A program made the position numbers and the translations under genes. A stretch of 64,000 nucleotides of DNA from Candidatus Uhrbacteria bacterium. Lineage in GTDB: Bacteria; Patescibacteriota; Patescibacteriia; UBA9934; GWF2-40-263. Under the pieces are notes generated by a model. That model ran no database searches, was not told the origin of the DNA, and worked only from the letters and a program-made list of their open reading frames with translations. Every line of letters begins with the position of its first letter. The stretch's first letter is position 1. The stretch is from NCBI GenBank assembly GCA_016205975.1, contig JACQSK010000021.1, positions 106,593 through 170,592 of the forward strand, written 5' to 3'. This document shows positions 29,952 to 39,709 of the stretch, in pieces.

Positions 29952-30716
29952 ATGGCCGAGAGCCCCACCGAGACCATGCTGCATCCCCCAGGACGTCACG
30001 CCAGCCTGCCGCCCGTGACCGCCACGCTCCCCGGCGAACGCAACCTTGCGCCCGAGCGCCTCGACCACCTCGCGAAGCGGATCCGTGAGCTGTGCGCCGG
30101 GGCGGGTCTCTCGAACGCCCGCCCGCTTGGGGAGTTCCTCGTCGAGGAGCTCTTCGACGGGGACGAGGAGGCGTTCTACGCCAACCCGTCCGGCCACGCC
30201 GCGTTCCGAGAACTCGCCAAGCGTCCCGACGTCCCGGTCTCGGGCCCGCACCTCGCCGCGTCCGTCGCGGTGCTCCGGCAGCTGCGCGAACTCCCGGCGG
30301 ATCTTGCCGAGGCACTCTCCTTCGAACACCACCGCGTGCTCCTCACCGTCCGCGACCTCGAGAAGAAGATCGCACTGGCCCGCATCGCGTGCGAGGAAGG
30401 GCTCAAGTGTCGGGCGTTCCGGCTGCGCGTGCGCGACGCGCGCGAGCCGCGCCGGGGCATGGTGCCTGGGCGCCCGCCGACCCCCGCCCTCCTGCGCATC
30501 GTCCACGACATCGAGACGCTCGCGTCGAAGTACGCAGAGCTAGCCCGGGGGGAAGAGGCGGCCGCCAAGGCGCTCGGCGCGGAGGGCGTGAAGGTGCTCG
30601 CCCGGCGTGTCGACAAGGTGATCACGACGCTCGACGACGCGAACGACGACCTGGGCGGCCATGTGGGCCTCGAACCGGGCTTCGCCGGCCGCGACGAGAT
30701 CCGCACGGAGTTGTGA
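29952..30716 (+). CDS. hypothetical protein
   Basis: ATG start MAESPTE. Helical, charged composition. The stop lies inside a 17-bp palindrome. Confidence 0.45.
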   Translation: MAESPTETMLHPPGRHASLPPVTATLPGERNLAPERLDHLAKRIRELCAGAGLSNARPLGEFLVEELFDGDEEAFYANPSGHAAFRELAKRPDVPVSGPHLAASVAVLRQLRELPADLAEALSFEHHRVLLTVRDLEKKIALARIACEEGLKCRAFRLRVRDAREPRRGMVPGRPPTPALLRIVHDIETLASKYAELARGEEAAAKALGAEGVKVLARRVDKVITTLDDANDDLGGHVGLEPGFAGRDEIRTEL

Positions 30717-30726
30717 CAGTCACAAC
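30710..30726. promoter_or_regulatory. 17-bp palindrome gttgtgacagtcacaac
   Basis: Perfect inverted repeat overlapping the stop of the upstream gene. Candidate operator. Confidence 0.4.
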
Positions 30727-30886
30727 TGTCCGGAAAACGGCAAGGCCGCCTTTCCATGCCCGTCAAGTCCACCCCACGAGTCCCCGGCACCCCGGCAGAG
30801 TCGACCGCGCCACCACGGTGCGGTATCGAGCTGGTCGACGTGCGCGAGGCCGAGGCCGGCGAAGCGTCGGCGGCGACACCGTGACC

Positions 30887-30902
30887 GTTATCACGTGATA
30901 AC
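30887..30902. promoter_or_regulatory. 16-bp perfect palindrome gttatcacgtgataac
   Basis: Read directly from the sequence. Confidence 0.4.
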
Positions 30903-30967
30903 ACCCGGCCTCGCGAGGGCCGGCGAGGGCACCGACGACCGCTGCGCGCGTGGTCGACCGGCAGCTA

Positions 30968-30983
30968 GTTGACGCGCGTCAAC
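30968..30983. promoter_or_regulatory. 16-bp perfect palindrome gttgacgcgcgtcaac
   Basis: Read directly. The 14-mer gctagttgacgcgc recurs at 33661-33674. Confidence 0.4.
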
Positions 30984-31439
30984 ATGACACGTCAAGACTT
31001 CGCCCTGGCGAGCCGGGGCCTGCGCGCGGATTTCGTAAGCGAGATGACCTCGGTCGCTCGGAAGGACATCAACCGTCTCGACGAGGCACTCGATGACGCC
31101 CGCAGCCACGCCGGCGTCGCTCTCGTCGACGGTGACAACGCGGCCGACGAGGCATGAACGTTACGGCGGCGGAACGTTTCCCCGGGGAAACGTTCGCCGC
31201 CTGCACCCTCGGCCGATCGGCCCCCGGCCGACACGCCGCTCGCCCGGCTGGTCGCCGACTTCGAGAAGATCACCGAGCGCTTCGCCTGCCTCGCGAAGGA
31301 CGCGGATGGCGCAACCGCGCTCGGGCGGGACGAGGTCCAGGGGCTCATCGGTCGCGTCTACCCGTACGCGGCCAAGGTCGAGGAAGCGATCGACGACATC
31401 GGGCTGCACGTCGGGATCGATGACGTCCGCGGGGAGAGC

Positions 31440-31494
31440 TAGCCGTCTTGTTTAGCCGGCTAAACAAGACGGCTACCGTCACGCGAGGCGTGAC
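31440..31494. terminator. 36-bp perfect palindrome (tagccgtcttgtttagcc|ggctaaacaagacggcta) plus adjacent 7-bp-stem hairpin
   Basis: Read directly. Lies between the interrupted small gene and the PilZ gene. Likely a bidirectional terminator or operator. Confidence 0.45.
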
Positions 31495-31577
31495 CGCGTC
31501 GTGCATGCGCGGTCCCTCGCGTCCTGCCCGGTCCAGTTGACACGCCCGCGACCACCCCGCCTCCAGGATCACCCGCC

Positions 31578-32309
31578 ATGGCCGACCCCGTGAAGATGAG
31601 CGCACCGTCGTCCCTGCCCCATCACGCCGTCCCGCCGCGGGTCGTGCCGCTCCCCGCCGAGGAGGCAGAGCGGGTGGTCGTCCGCGCGGCGTATGCGGGG
31701 GCCCACGTTCTCGTGCGCCTGCCGGGGTCCGACGCGCGGGTGAGCGCCTGCGTGGTGCATGGCGGAGCCCACCATGGCGAGCTGGCGCTCGGGGGATGGG
31801 CCATCCCGGTGCGGGTGCCGGCCGGGGCGACCGTGGCCGCCGAGTTCGTCCTGGGCGCGAGTGCCTACCGGGTCGAGGGGCGGGTCATCCGCTGCGAGGC
31901 GGAGATCGTCGCCCTCGACTGGCCGGTGCGCGTGTTGAAGGTCCAGCGCCGCCGCTACTTCCGGGTCCCGGCGCCCCCCGGCGTGGAGGTCGTGTTCCGC
32001 GTCCAGGATCGACCGCGGGTCCGGCCGCTCTTGGACCTGAGCGCGTCGGGGATCGGCCTCCAGCTCGACCTCGCGGAGGACGGCGACGTGCGCGAGGACA
32101 CGCCGGTCGAGGCGATCCAGGTCCCGTTGGGGTCCGCCGGGTGGTTCGTGGGCCAGGGCGTCACCCGGCGCGTGGTGGTCCCGCCCGCCGGCTCCACGTC
32201 TCCGCCGCGCTGCGGCATCGAGCTGGTCCACGTGCGCGAGGCGGAGCGCGATCGGCTCGTCGCGTGGGTCCTGGCGCGGGAGAGGGAGCTGCTCGCGGGA
32301 GCGCCCTGA
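31578..32309 (+). CDS. PilZ domain protein (c-di-GMP receptor)
   Basis: RRRYFRV (RxxxR) followed by DLSASGIGL (D.S..G) is the PilZ c-di-GMP binding signature. Confidence 0.6.
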   Translation: MADPVKMSAPSSLPHHAVPPRVVPLPAEEAERVVVRAAYAGAHVLVRLPGSDARVSACVVHGGAHHGELALGGWAIPVRVPAGATVAAEFVLGASAYRVEGRVIRCEAEIVALDWPVRVLKVQRRRYFRVPAPPGVEVVFRVQDRPRVRPLLDLSASGIGLQLDLAEDGDVREDTPVEAIQVPLGSAGWFVGQGVTRRVVVPPAGSTSPPRCGIELVHVREAERDRLVAWVLARERELLAGAP

Positions 32310-32322
32310 GCGGCGTTCCCAC

Positions 32323-32700
32323 GTGGCCTCCGATAGACTGCGCGGCCCGATGTCCTCCCCCCGTGCGTTGCTGTTCATCGACCTCCGGCTGCCAGCGGCG
32401 TTCGTCCTGGACGAGCCGGCGTTCCTCCGGGTGAACGACGGGGTGCTCGTCGTGGACGGAATCTCGGCGGTCGAGGCGCGCCGAGTCGCGGCGCAGCTCG
32501 TCTACGACGGGGCGCGCGCCCACGTGGCGCTACCCGCGCCGGGGACCACGCCCGACACCCCCGGTCACCCGCACCCGGCCGGGACGCTCGTGCACGTCCC
32601 GGGAGACGGAGCGGGTTGGGGCGCGGAGCTGCCACGACTCGTGGCGGCGAGGGTCGGCTCCCGCGCCGCGGCCGGGAAACCGCGCGGCGTCCCGGGGTAG
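32323..32700 (+). CDS. hypothetical protein
   Basis: Short ORF immediately after the PilZ gene. Weak evidence. Confidence 0.25.
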   Translation: MASDRLRGPMSSPRALLFIDLRLPAAFVLDEPAFLRVNDGVLVVDGISAVEARRVAAQLVYDGARAHVALPAPGTTPDTPGHPHPAGTLVHVPGDGAGWGAELPRLVAARVGSRAAAGKPRGVPG

Positions 32701-32749
32701 CGTCGAGATCCCGGGACGTTCCGCTGGCCCGTCCGCTACCGAGCGGTAC

Positions 32750-33487
32750 CTACAGCTCCTGGGCCACGAGCGTCACGGCGATCAACTCGCCCTCCACACC
32801 CCTGGTCCTGAGCCGGTTCGCCGCCGCGTGGGACGCGCCAGCGATGTCGGCGGCGACGAGCCCGTAGGCGCGAACTCCCGTCGGCGTCTCGACCTGCACG
32901 ATGTACACGAGCTGACCGCTCGCGGTGCCCGGGGATGCGCTCGGCGAAGGGGAAGGCGCGGGCGTCGCGGCAACAACCGGCGCTGGCGGCGCTGCGAGGG
33001 CGTCGCGGTCCGCCGTAGCCAGCTCGATGCCCCGGCGGGCTCGGTAGGTCCGGACGTTCTCGGGCGTCACGCCAGCGAGCTTGGCGATCTCGTCGTCCGG
33101 CGCCTTGCCGAGCATGGCCGCGTACGGGTCGAGCTTCGACCGGCGGCCGTAAAACGGCCGCACACGGCCTGTACCTGCCGCGGAAGCCGCCGCCCTCGCC
33201 GCCGGCGCTCTGGTGCGCGAGGCCGACGCGGATGCGATCGATGCCGGGGCGGCGGGTCGCACGATGCGCCGCCGCGGTGCGCGTGTCGCGGGCTCCGCCG
33301 CCGCTGGCGCTTGTCGTCCCGGTCCGGCCCCGAACTTGTAGCCCTCGTAGGCGGGGATCCCGAGCTGCTTGCGGTAGTTCACGATCGACGACCGGGACAC
33401 GCCCGCCTCCCTCGCAACGAGGTGGTCCGGCTCCTTTCCAAGCCGGTCGTGGAAGGCAGCGAGCTTCGTGGCGCTCGGGCTGGGCAT
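32750..33487 (-). CDS. hypothetical protein with two repeated HTH-like segments
   Basis: EAGVSRSSIVNYRKQLGI and LAGVTPENVRTYRARRGI are duplicated. Pro/Ala-rich linker between them. Confidence 0.4.
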   Translation of the reverse strand: MPSPSATKLAAFHDRLGKEPDHLVAREAGVSRSSIVNYRKQLGIPAYEGYKFGAGPGRQAPAAAEPATRAPRRRIVRPAAPASIASASASRTRAPAARAAASAAGTGRVRPFYGRRSKLDPYAAMLGKAPDDEIAKLAGVTPENVRTYRARRGIELATADRDALAAPPAPVVAATPAPSPSPSASPGTASGQLVYIVQVETPTGVRAYGLVAADIAGASHAAANRLRTRGVEGELIAVTLVAQEL

Positions 33488-33685
33488 GATCGAGGCTCCG
33501 GGGATGAGCTCGGTCGTATGCCACCGGGTTTCGCATGACAACGGGTCCGGTCCCCCGGATCGCGGCGACAGCGGCCCTGCGTGCCGGGAGGGCCCCGGGA
33601 GTGTGCGACCGGGAGCGACGCGGCCAACGAAAACAACAGGACCCTCCGGCCCTGTCTTTTGCTAGTTGACGCGCCTGGGCGTCTT

Positions 33686-35368
33686 CTACGCATCCCGCGC
33701 CCGGATCCACGTTTCGAGCTGCGTCGGGGGCATCGGCCGCGCGACGTGCCAGCCTTGCGCCTGGTCGGCTCCGTTCTCGCGCAGGTACTGCGCCGCGGCC
33801 GCCGTCTCCACCCCCTCGGCGATCACCGCGAGGTCCAGCCCGTGCCCGAGCTCGATCGTCGCCCGGACCACGAGTGCCTCCTTGCGGCCCGCCGGGAGCG
33901 CGCGGACGAACCGCTGGTCGATCTTCACCGCGGAGACCGGGAGGGACACCAGGTAGCCGAGCGAGGAGTACCCGGTGCCGAAGTCGTCGATGGATACCGC
34001 GATCCCCCGCGCCGCCAGCTCCCCCAGGACCGCGATGGCGTGCGCCGGGTCCTGCATGATCTCGCTCTCGGTCACTTCCAGCTCCAGGCAGCTCGGCGGC
34101 ATCTCGGCCTGGGCAAGCGCCGCGTCGAGGTGCTCGACCAGGTCCGCGCGACCGAGGAGCCGCGCGGAGAGGTTCACTGCGACCCGCGTGCCCGGGTGGG
34201 TGGACAGCCACGAGCGCGACTCGGAAAGTGCGCGTCGAACGAGGGACCGGGTGAGCGGCACGATGTCGCCCAGCCGCTCGGCGACGGGGATGAACCGGCC
34301 GGGTGGAACCGGGCCCAGCTCCGGGTGCGTCCAGCGCGCCAGCGCCTCGGCTCCCGAAAAGGCGCCGCTCGCGAGGTCGACCTTGGGCTGGTAGGCGAGG
34401 GTGATCTCCCCGCGCTCGACCGCGCGGCGCAGGTCCGCAGCTAGCGCGAGCGCGGAGGGGTCGAACGTGTCCATGGTGACGTTGAACTCGACGAGTGCTT
34501 CGCCGGAGCGCCGGCTCGCGTTCACGGCGACGTGGGCAGCACGGCGCAGCGCGTTCACGCCGGTCCCGTCGCGGGGGGAAACCGCGAACCCGGCCGCGGC
34601 CGCGACGGTGAGCCGCACCCCGCCGATCTCCACCGGGTTCGCGAGCGCCCCGAGCAGGTCCTGGGCGATCTGCCGGCACGTCGCCGGCCCCTCCGGCACG
34701 AGCACGGCGAACCCGTCCCCGCCGCCGCGCGCGAGCAGGCAGCCCGGGGGCGTGGCCCTCCGGGCGCGCTCGGCCAGCTCCTGGAGGACCCGGTCGCCCA
34801 GCTCGAACCCCAGCGCGTGGTTGATCTCCCGGAACTCCCGGATCTCCACCGCGATGAAGCCCGTCTCGGCGACGCCCGCGAGCTGAGCCGCCTCGAACGC
34901 CGCCATCGCGTTGCGGTTGGGCAGCCCCGTGAGCGGGTCGTGGTAGGCGAGCCAGTGCGCGCGCTCGTCGGCGGCCCTTCGCGCCGCGCGCTCCTGGGCC
35001 CGCACCATCTCGCGCGCCAACGCGCCGGGAAGGCGGGCGAGCCGGTCCTTGGGGACGAAGTCGTCCGCGCCCCGGCGGACGAGGTCGGCCACGGTCTCCT
35101 CGCCGACGGTCCCGGAGACGACCAGAAGCGCCACGTCGCGCAGGCGGGCACGCACGAGCGCGATGCTCTCGCCTGCGTCGAGCTCGGGCAGGTGTGCGTC
35201 CACGAGCACCGCGTCCCAGGACTCGCCCAGGGCCTCTTCGAGCCCCGGCCGGTCCTCGACCCGGGAGACCGCGACAGTCAAGCCACCGCGGCGCAGCGCC
35301 CGCAGCACGAGCTCCGCGTCGGCCGGGTCGTCCTCGACGTGCAGGATGCGAAGGGGAGGGGTGGGCAT
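33686..35368 (-). CDS. response regulator receiver-GGDEF(degenerate)-EAL protein (c-di-GMP phosphodiesterase type)
   Basis: N-terminal REC (ILHVEDDPADAELV ... DAVLVD). GGDGF in place of GGDEF. EAL motif (EALARW) and DDFGTGYSSL. Confidence 0.75.
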   Translation of the reverse strand: MPTPPLRILHVEDDPADAELVLRALRRGGLTVAVSRVEDRPGLEEALGESWDAVLVDAHLPELDAGESIALVRARLRDVALLVVSGTVGEETVADLVRRGADDFVPKDRLARLPGALAREMVRAQERAARRAADERAHWLAYHDPLTGLPNRNAMAAFEAAQLAGVAETGFIAVEIREFREINHALGFELGDRVLQELAERARRATPPGCLLARGGGDGFAVLVPEGPATCRQIAQDLLGALANPVEIGGVRLTVAAAAGFAVSPRDGTGVNALRRAAHVAVNASRRSGEALVEFNVTMDTFDPSALALAADLRRAVERGEITLAYQPKVDLASGAFSGAEALARWTHPELGPVPPGRFIPVAERLGDIVPLTRSLVRRALSESRSWLSTHPGTRVAVNLSARLLGRADLVEHLDAALAQAEMPPSCLELEVTESEIMQDPAHAIAVLGELAARGIAVSIDDFGTGYSSLGYLVSLPVSAVKIDQRFVRALPAGRKEALVVRATIELGHGLDLAVIAEGVETAAAAQYLRENGADQAQGWHVARPMPPTQLETWIRARDA

Positions 35369-35485
35369 GAGCGCCTATTGTGCGGCACGTGGGCGACCGG
35401 GCATAAGCGGATCCCTGCGGACCGGGGGCGGGGCGTACTCAACGACGAGAACGCGCCGCGGGAACGGGCGTTGTAGGATGCCGCG

Positions 35486-36253
35486 ATGTTCCGCCGGGGC
35501 CGGGTTCTCGCTGCGCGTGTCGCGTCCTGGTCCCAGGTCCGCCTGGGGACAGTCGGCGTGCGCGATCTCCGGTTCGTCTTGGTGTACCTGCCGGCGGGAC
35601 TGTTGCCGGCGCTCTTGGCGGCATTCTACGGGCGCGACGAGATCCGCGACCGAGCGGTGCCGGTGCCGCTGCTGCTGGGCGCGATCGCGAGCCTGCTCGT
35701 GCTGGGGGTCATCGTCTCGCTCTACCGGCAGGTCGAGCGCGCGGACCGCCTGCGCGACGAGCTGGTGGCGCTCGCCTCCCGCGACCCGCTCACGGGTCTC
35801 TCCAACCGCCGCATGCTCCAGCCCACGCTCGCTCGCACGAGCCGGCAGGCGGACCGGGGCGGCACCCCCGCGTGCCTGGTGCTCATGGACCTGGACGACC
35901 TCAAGATCGTGAACGACCGGATGGGGCACGCCGCGGGGGATGCGCTCCTCGTCGGGTTCGCGCGCACGCTCCGGCGGGTGACCCGGGCGCAGACCGACCT
36001 GCTGTTCCGCATCGGCGGCGACGAGTTCCTCGTCGTGCTCCCCGGCGCGGCGATCCCGCACGCCCGCGTTATCGCCGAGCGGCTCCTGGAGGCGCTCGCC
36101 GAGGACACCGCGCCGGTCCCGGGGGTGCATCCCCGCTGCTCCATCGGGGTGGCACAGCGCCACGGGCAGGAGCGCCCCGAGGCGTGGCTGCGCCGCGCCG
36201 ACCTCGCGATGTACCGGGCGAAGGAGACGGGCGCCGGCGTCGAGGTGGCGTAG
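35486..36253 (+). CDS. membrane-anchored GGDEF diguanylate cyclase
   Basis: Two N-terminal TM helices, then LTGLSNRR ... RIGGDEF ... a typical GGDEF domain. Confidence 0.7.
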   Translation: MFRRGRVLAARVASWSQVRLGTVGVRDLRFVLVYLPAGLLPALLAAFYGRDEIRDRAVPVPLLLGAIASLLVLGVIVSLYRQVERADRLRDELVALASRDPLTGLSNRRMLQPTLARTSRQADRGGTPACLVLMDLDDLKIVNDRMGHAAGDALLVGFARTLRRVTRAQTDLLFRIGGDEFLVVLPGAAIPHARVIAERLLEALAEDTAPVPGVHPRCSIGVAQRHGQERPEAWLRRADLAMYRAKETGAGVEVA

Positions 36254-36262
36254 GCGACGTCC

Positions 36263-36652
36263 TCAGCGCCAGAGCAAGCGCACCTGGTCCCCGTCCAGCG
36301 CGTACCCGCACAGGTCGGCCTCGACATGCGCCTGCCGCAAGAGCGCCCGCGCGGCCGGCATCTGCTCGGCGGGGACGACGAACCACGCCCGCGCCCCGGT
36401 CGCCGCGGCATGCTCGGCGGCGCGCCGCCACCGCTCGCCCTCGCCGGGGTTCGCGGCGTCCACCCCGGTCCGCACGACGAGGCTGCGCACGTACCGGTCC
36501 TGGCGTTGCACCACGACGTCGGCCACGCCCCCCTCCGCGAACGACGGCCGACACGGCTCGGCCCGGTAGGTTCCGTGTCCCGTGTACTCCCGGAGCAGCC
36601 GCGCGATCACCCGCGCGCGGACGGCCCCCGCATCGCCCGTCGGCTTGTCCAT
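36263..36652 (-). CDS. hypothetical protein
   Basis: Start at MDKPTG with a GGGAG RBS. Confidence 0.35.
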   Translation of the reverse strand: MDKPTGDAGAVRARVIARLLREYTGHGTYRAEPCRPSFAEGGVADVVVQRQDRYVRSLVVRTGVDAANPGEGERWRRAAEHAAATGARAWFVVPAEQMPAARALLRQAHVEADLCGYALDGDQVRLLWR

Positions 36653-36723
36653 CTCGCAGCTCCCAGCAATGTCCTGCACAGCATGCGAGCTTCATCGGCC
36701 GGCAACGCGGCGAGTTGAGGCGG

Positions 36724-37392
36724 TCAGCCTCCCAGCCCGGACGGGGGCTCGCCTCCCTCGATCTCGGCTTCGCGACGGGCCACGTGGCGGTGCAGCCGCG
36801 TCGCGTCTCCCTCCGGGAGCGACTCGAGGTGGACGCCGCAGCGCCACGCGCCGGCGAGCGCCGGGTCGGGCCGGCCGACCTGGCCGACGCTCCCGTGACC
36901 CACCACCCACCCGTCCCCGCGCAGGTGGAACTGGATCGCCTCTACGGGCGTGCCGCGCGCAAGGTCCCGGTCCGCGGCTTCGGCGGCGAACCCGATCCCA
37001 CGTTCCCCGACGTCCAGCAGCCGTCGGACCCGGGGACGACCTGCCACCCGGAACACGAGATCCGTGTCCCGGGCCGCGGGGACCCGGCGATGCGCCCGCC
37101 GCTCGTCCCAGCGCAGGAAGCGGGGTTGACCGACCACCACCCGCTCCCGCGAGACGAGGTGAACGACGGCGACGAGCACCACCGGGCGCGCGACCTCGAC
37201 GCGGAGCTGGAGCTCGGTCCCGGGTCGCACCGCGGGGTTCCCGCTCCCGTGATCCAGGAGCACGACCAGGATCCCCGAGGTGGCGCACCAGCTCTCGACC
37301 TGTCCGCGCACCGGCACGCCTCGCTCCTCCACGGCGACGCCGGCCCGCGTCGCGCTCGCCTCGCGCAAGAGATCATCCAGGCGTGGCGGCAT
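36724..37392 (-). CDS. PilZ-like domain protein
   Basis: RRAHRRVP followed by DVGERGIGF (a variant of the RxxxR / D.S..G signature). Confidence 0.45.
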   Translation of the reverse strand: MPPRLDDLLREASATRAGVAVEERGVPVRGQVESWCATSGILVVLLDHGSGNPAVRPGTELQLRVEVARPVVLVAVVHLVSRERVVVGQPRFLRWDERRAHRRVPAARDTDLVFRVAGRPRVRRLLDVGERGIGFAAEAADRDLARGTPVEAIQFHLRGDGWVVGHGSVGQVGRPDPALAGAWRCGVHLESLPEGDATRLHRHVARREAEIEGGEPPSGLGG

Positions 37393-37911
37393 GGCCACCC
37401 CCGGCGCGTGGACGCGAAAAACGCTCGCGGCGTGGGCGGCGAGCGTCAGGGTGGGCCGGACGGTTCGAGAGCATGCTCGCCCCGGGGCTACGGGGAGAGG
37501 ATAGCACTCAGAGGCGCCCGCGCGCGGTCGTGCCGGACCACGGCGCACATGAACCCGCACCCGTATGTGGCCGGTCGGTGTAGTCGCGCCGGGACAGGCC
37601 CGAAAGCCTGATGGGTCACACTCACGCCGCATGACTGCCGTATCGCGGCCGGGACTTCCTGATCACCCACGCCGCTCTTGGTCACGTTTACCAGACGATG
37701 CGGGCTGGTCACTCGCTGAGGTGGACGCGACCGGAGGGCGACGCGACGTGGTTCCCTGACCTACCCGCCTCGCGGCTTCGGAGGCCGACCTGCCGAAGGG
37801 GCTGGGGCGGAGCCTGGATTGTGGACAACCGATCCCCCAGCGGGGGGCTTCGGCTGCGCCGGTCCTGACTGAGGGGGCTGATACCCGCCCTTTCGGAGAG
37901 GCTGATAGCCC

Positions 37912-38709
37912 TCATGGAGGGGGTGCTTGTTCGCCATCGTCGACTCTCGGGATTCCGAAGAAGCGTATCACGCGCTGGTTGGCCGAGGCGAAGGCCCGTT
38001 GAATCCATGAGCGCCAGCCCGTGACCGCGGTGATCTCGCGTCCCGGACTTTCCGCCTCGAGCAGTTCCATGCACGCGATCTCCGACCCGCTGATCCACCC
38101 ACCGATGCTGCCCGGGGCTGGTTCTACGAGGCTCCCTTCGTCATCGACGCGCCAGAGCGTCTGGAGGTAGATGTCTCGCGGGTCGGGATGGCTGGTCGCG
38201 TAGGACTCCCGCGACCACCAGCCCACAACGCATCGCCCGTCCTTCAGGGTGATCCGGATGAAACAAGGTGGCAGGCGCTCGAAGACGTAGTCCCACGCGG
38301 TCGGCTGCAGGAGTTGGAAGCCGATGTAAGCGGGCAGTCGCGGGAATATCTTCACGGTTCGGGCGCCGAGGTAGGCGACGATGGGTGCGAGCACGATTAC
38401 GCCAGCCGGTAGGAGCAGGACATCACCCGGCATGGCTGCATTTGCGGATGTGATCGGCTTCAGCAGACTGAGTTCGAGCAGGGGGGCCAAGAGCGGCAGC
38501 AGCCATCCCCCGATGTGTGTGGGAAGTAGGACGCGGGCCCCTACAAGGCAGGACGACCACCACAGCGCGGAGTAGGTCAACGACCTGAGAACCAGGTGGC
38601 CGGCCTCGGGCTTCGTTCGCGTGACCATGTAGTCCCACACATGCGCCAACAGGAAGCCAGGCGCGACGAAGCAAAGGAAAATGAGAAGCGCTTCGATCGT
38701 GCTCGGCAT
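37912..38709 (-). CDS. integral membrane protein (lower-GC islet)
   Basis: Multiple TM helices. Local GC about 58%. Confidence 0.45.
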   Translation of the reverse strand: MPSTIEALLIFLCFVAPGFLLAHVWDYMVTRTKPEAGHLVLRSLTYSALWWSSCLVGARVLLPTHIGGWLLPLLAPLLELSLLKPITSANAAMPGDVLLLPAGVIVLAPIVAYLGARTVKIFPRLPAYIGFQLLQPTAWDYVFERLPPCFIRITLKDGRCVVGWWSRESYATSHPDPRDIYLQTLWRVDDEGSLVEPAPGSIGGWISGSEIACMELLEAESPGREITAVTGWRSWIQRAFASANQRVIRFFGIPRVDDGEQAPPP

Positions 38710-38893
38710 GATTGGTTCCGCTTGCGGGTGCTGAGACTACCACGCCAGGTGGCTATCGATCTTGTCCGTCGCTTGGAGATGGTGGTGCGGCGCGGATTCC
38801 TCGAATCGATCGGCACACCAACTGGATCTCGAGCTGTGATCCAGGCGTCGAGCGCGACGCGCGCGGAACGCTCCGCGATCTGGGCGCTGACAT

Positions 38894-39709
38894 CTACCGA
38901 CTCCGGAACACCTCCGGCGCGCTTTCGAGTTGCGCGAGGTCCAGCTCCAGGCGCGTGTCGCCCCCGTCGCAGCTCGCGCCCACGGTGAACGCGCCCCACG
39001 CGAGCAACGAGAGCGTGGCCTCGCCGTCCTCGACGGGCCGGGTCACCACCGGCGAGGGGAACGTCGGGTGGAGGTGGAACGTGACGCTGCCGGTGAGCGG
39101 GTCGCCCGGGTTCGTAGAGCACACGCGCAGGCGGACGCGGAACCAGCTCGCGCTTCCCGGCACCGCTACGACGATCGCGCACAGCCGGCGGTCGTTCGCC
39201 GCGGCCATCCCGCCCCACTTTCCCTTGTGCGGGTCCTCGTCCGCGGGGGCCGCGCCCACCGCCCGTCCCCGGTCGCCCTCCACGTCCAGGAGCATGTCCT
39301 CCTCCGCGACCGGGCGGGACCCACCGGGCCGGGGGATGTGGTCGAACACCGCGCCGGTCGCGTCCAGGTCGTCGGCGACCTCCTTTACTCGTCCACGCAC
39401 CCGCTCGATCTCCCCCCGCTGGGTTTCCAGGGCGGCCTGGAGATCCTGCATCTCGATTTTGTTGTCCCCGAACGAGAGCGACTTCACGCGGTGGAGGATG
39501 GTGACCGCGCCGGCCACGAGGAAGAAGCGCGCGGCCGTGTCGTCGATGTCCTGGCCGCCGACCAGTTGGCGGATGAGCACCGCCGCGCCGGCCAGGGCGG
39601 AGAGCGCCCCGATGGTCGCGAGGAGCCTCGCCGGGAGCCGCTCCCCGGCACCGGGGGATGGCGGCGCCGCGGGGACCTTCGCGAGCGACTCCTTCGGGCC
39701 GGCCGTCAT
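38894..39709 (-). CDS. membrane-anchored coiled-coil protein, downstream partner of the hydrolase-caspase gene
   Basis: Start overlaps the upstream stop. TM LLATIGALSALAGAAVLI. Coiled-coil IEMQDLQAALETQRGEIERVRGRVKEV. Confidence 0.45.
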   Translation of the reverse strand: MTAGPKESLAKVPAAPPSPGAGERLPARLLATIGALSALAGAAVLIRQLVGGQDIDDTAARFFLVAGAVTILHRVKSLSFGDNKIEMQDLQAALETQRGEIERVRGRVKEVADDLDATGAVFDHIPRPGGSRPVAEEDMLLDVEGDRGRAVGAAPADEDPHKGKWGGMAAANDRRLCAIVVAVPGSASWFRVRLRVCSTNPGDPLTGSVTFHLHPTFPSPVVTRPVEDGEATLSLLAWGAFTVGASCDGGDTRLELDLAQLESAPEVFRSR

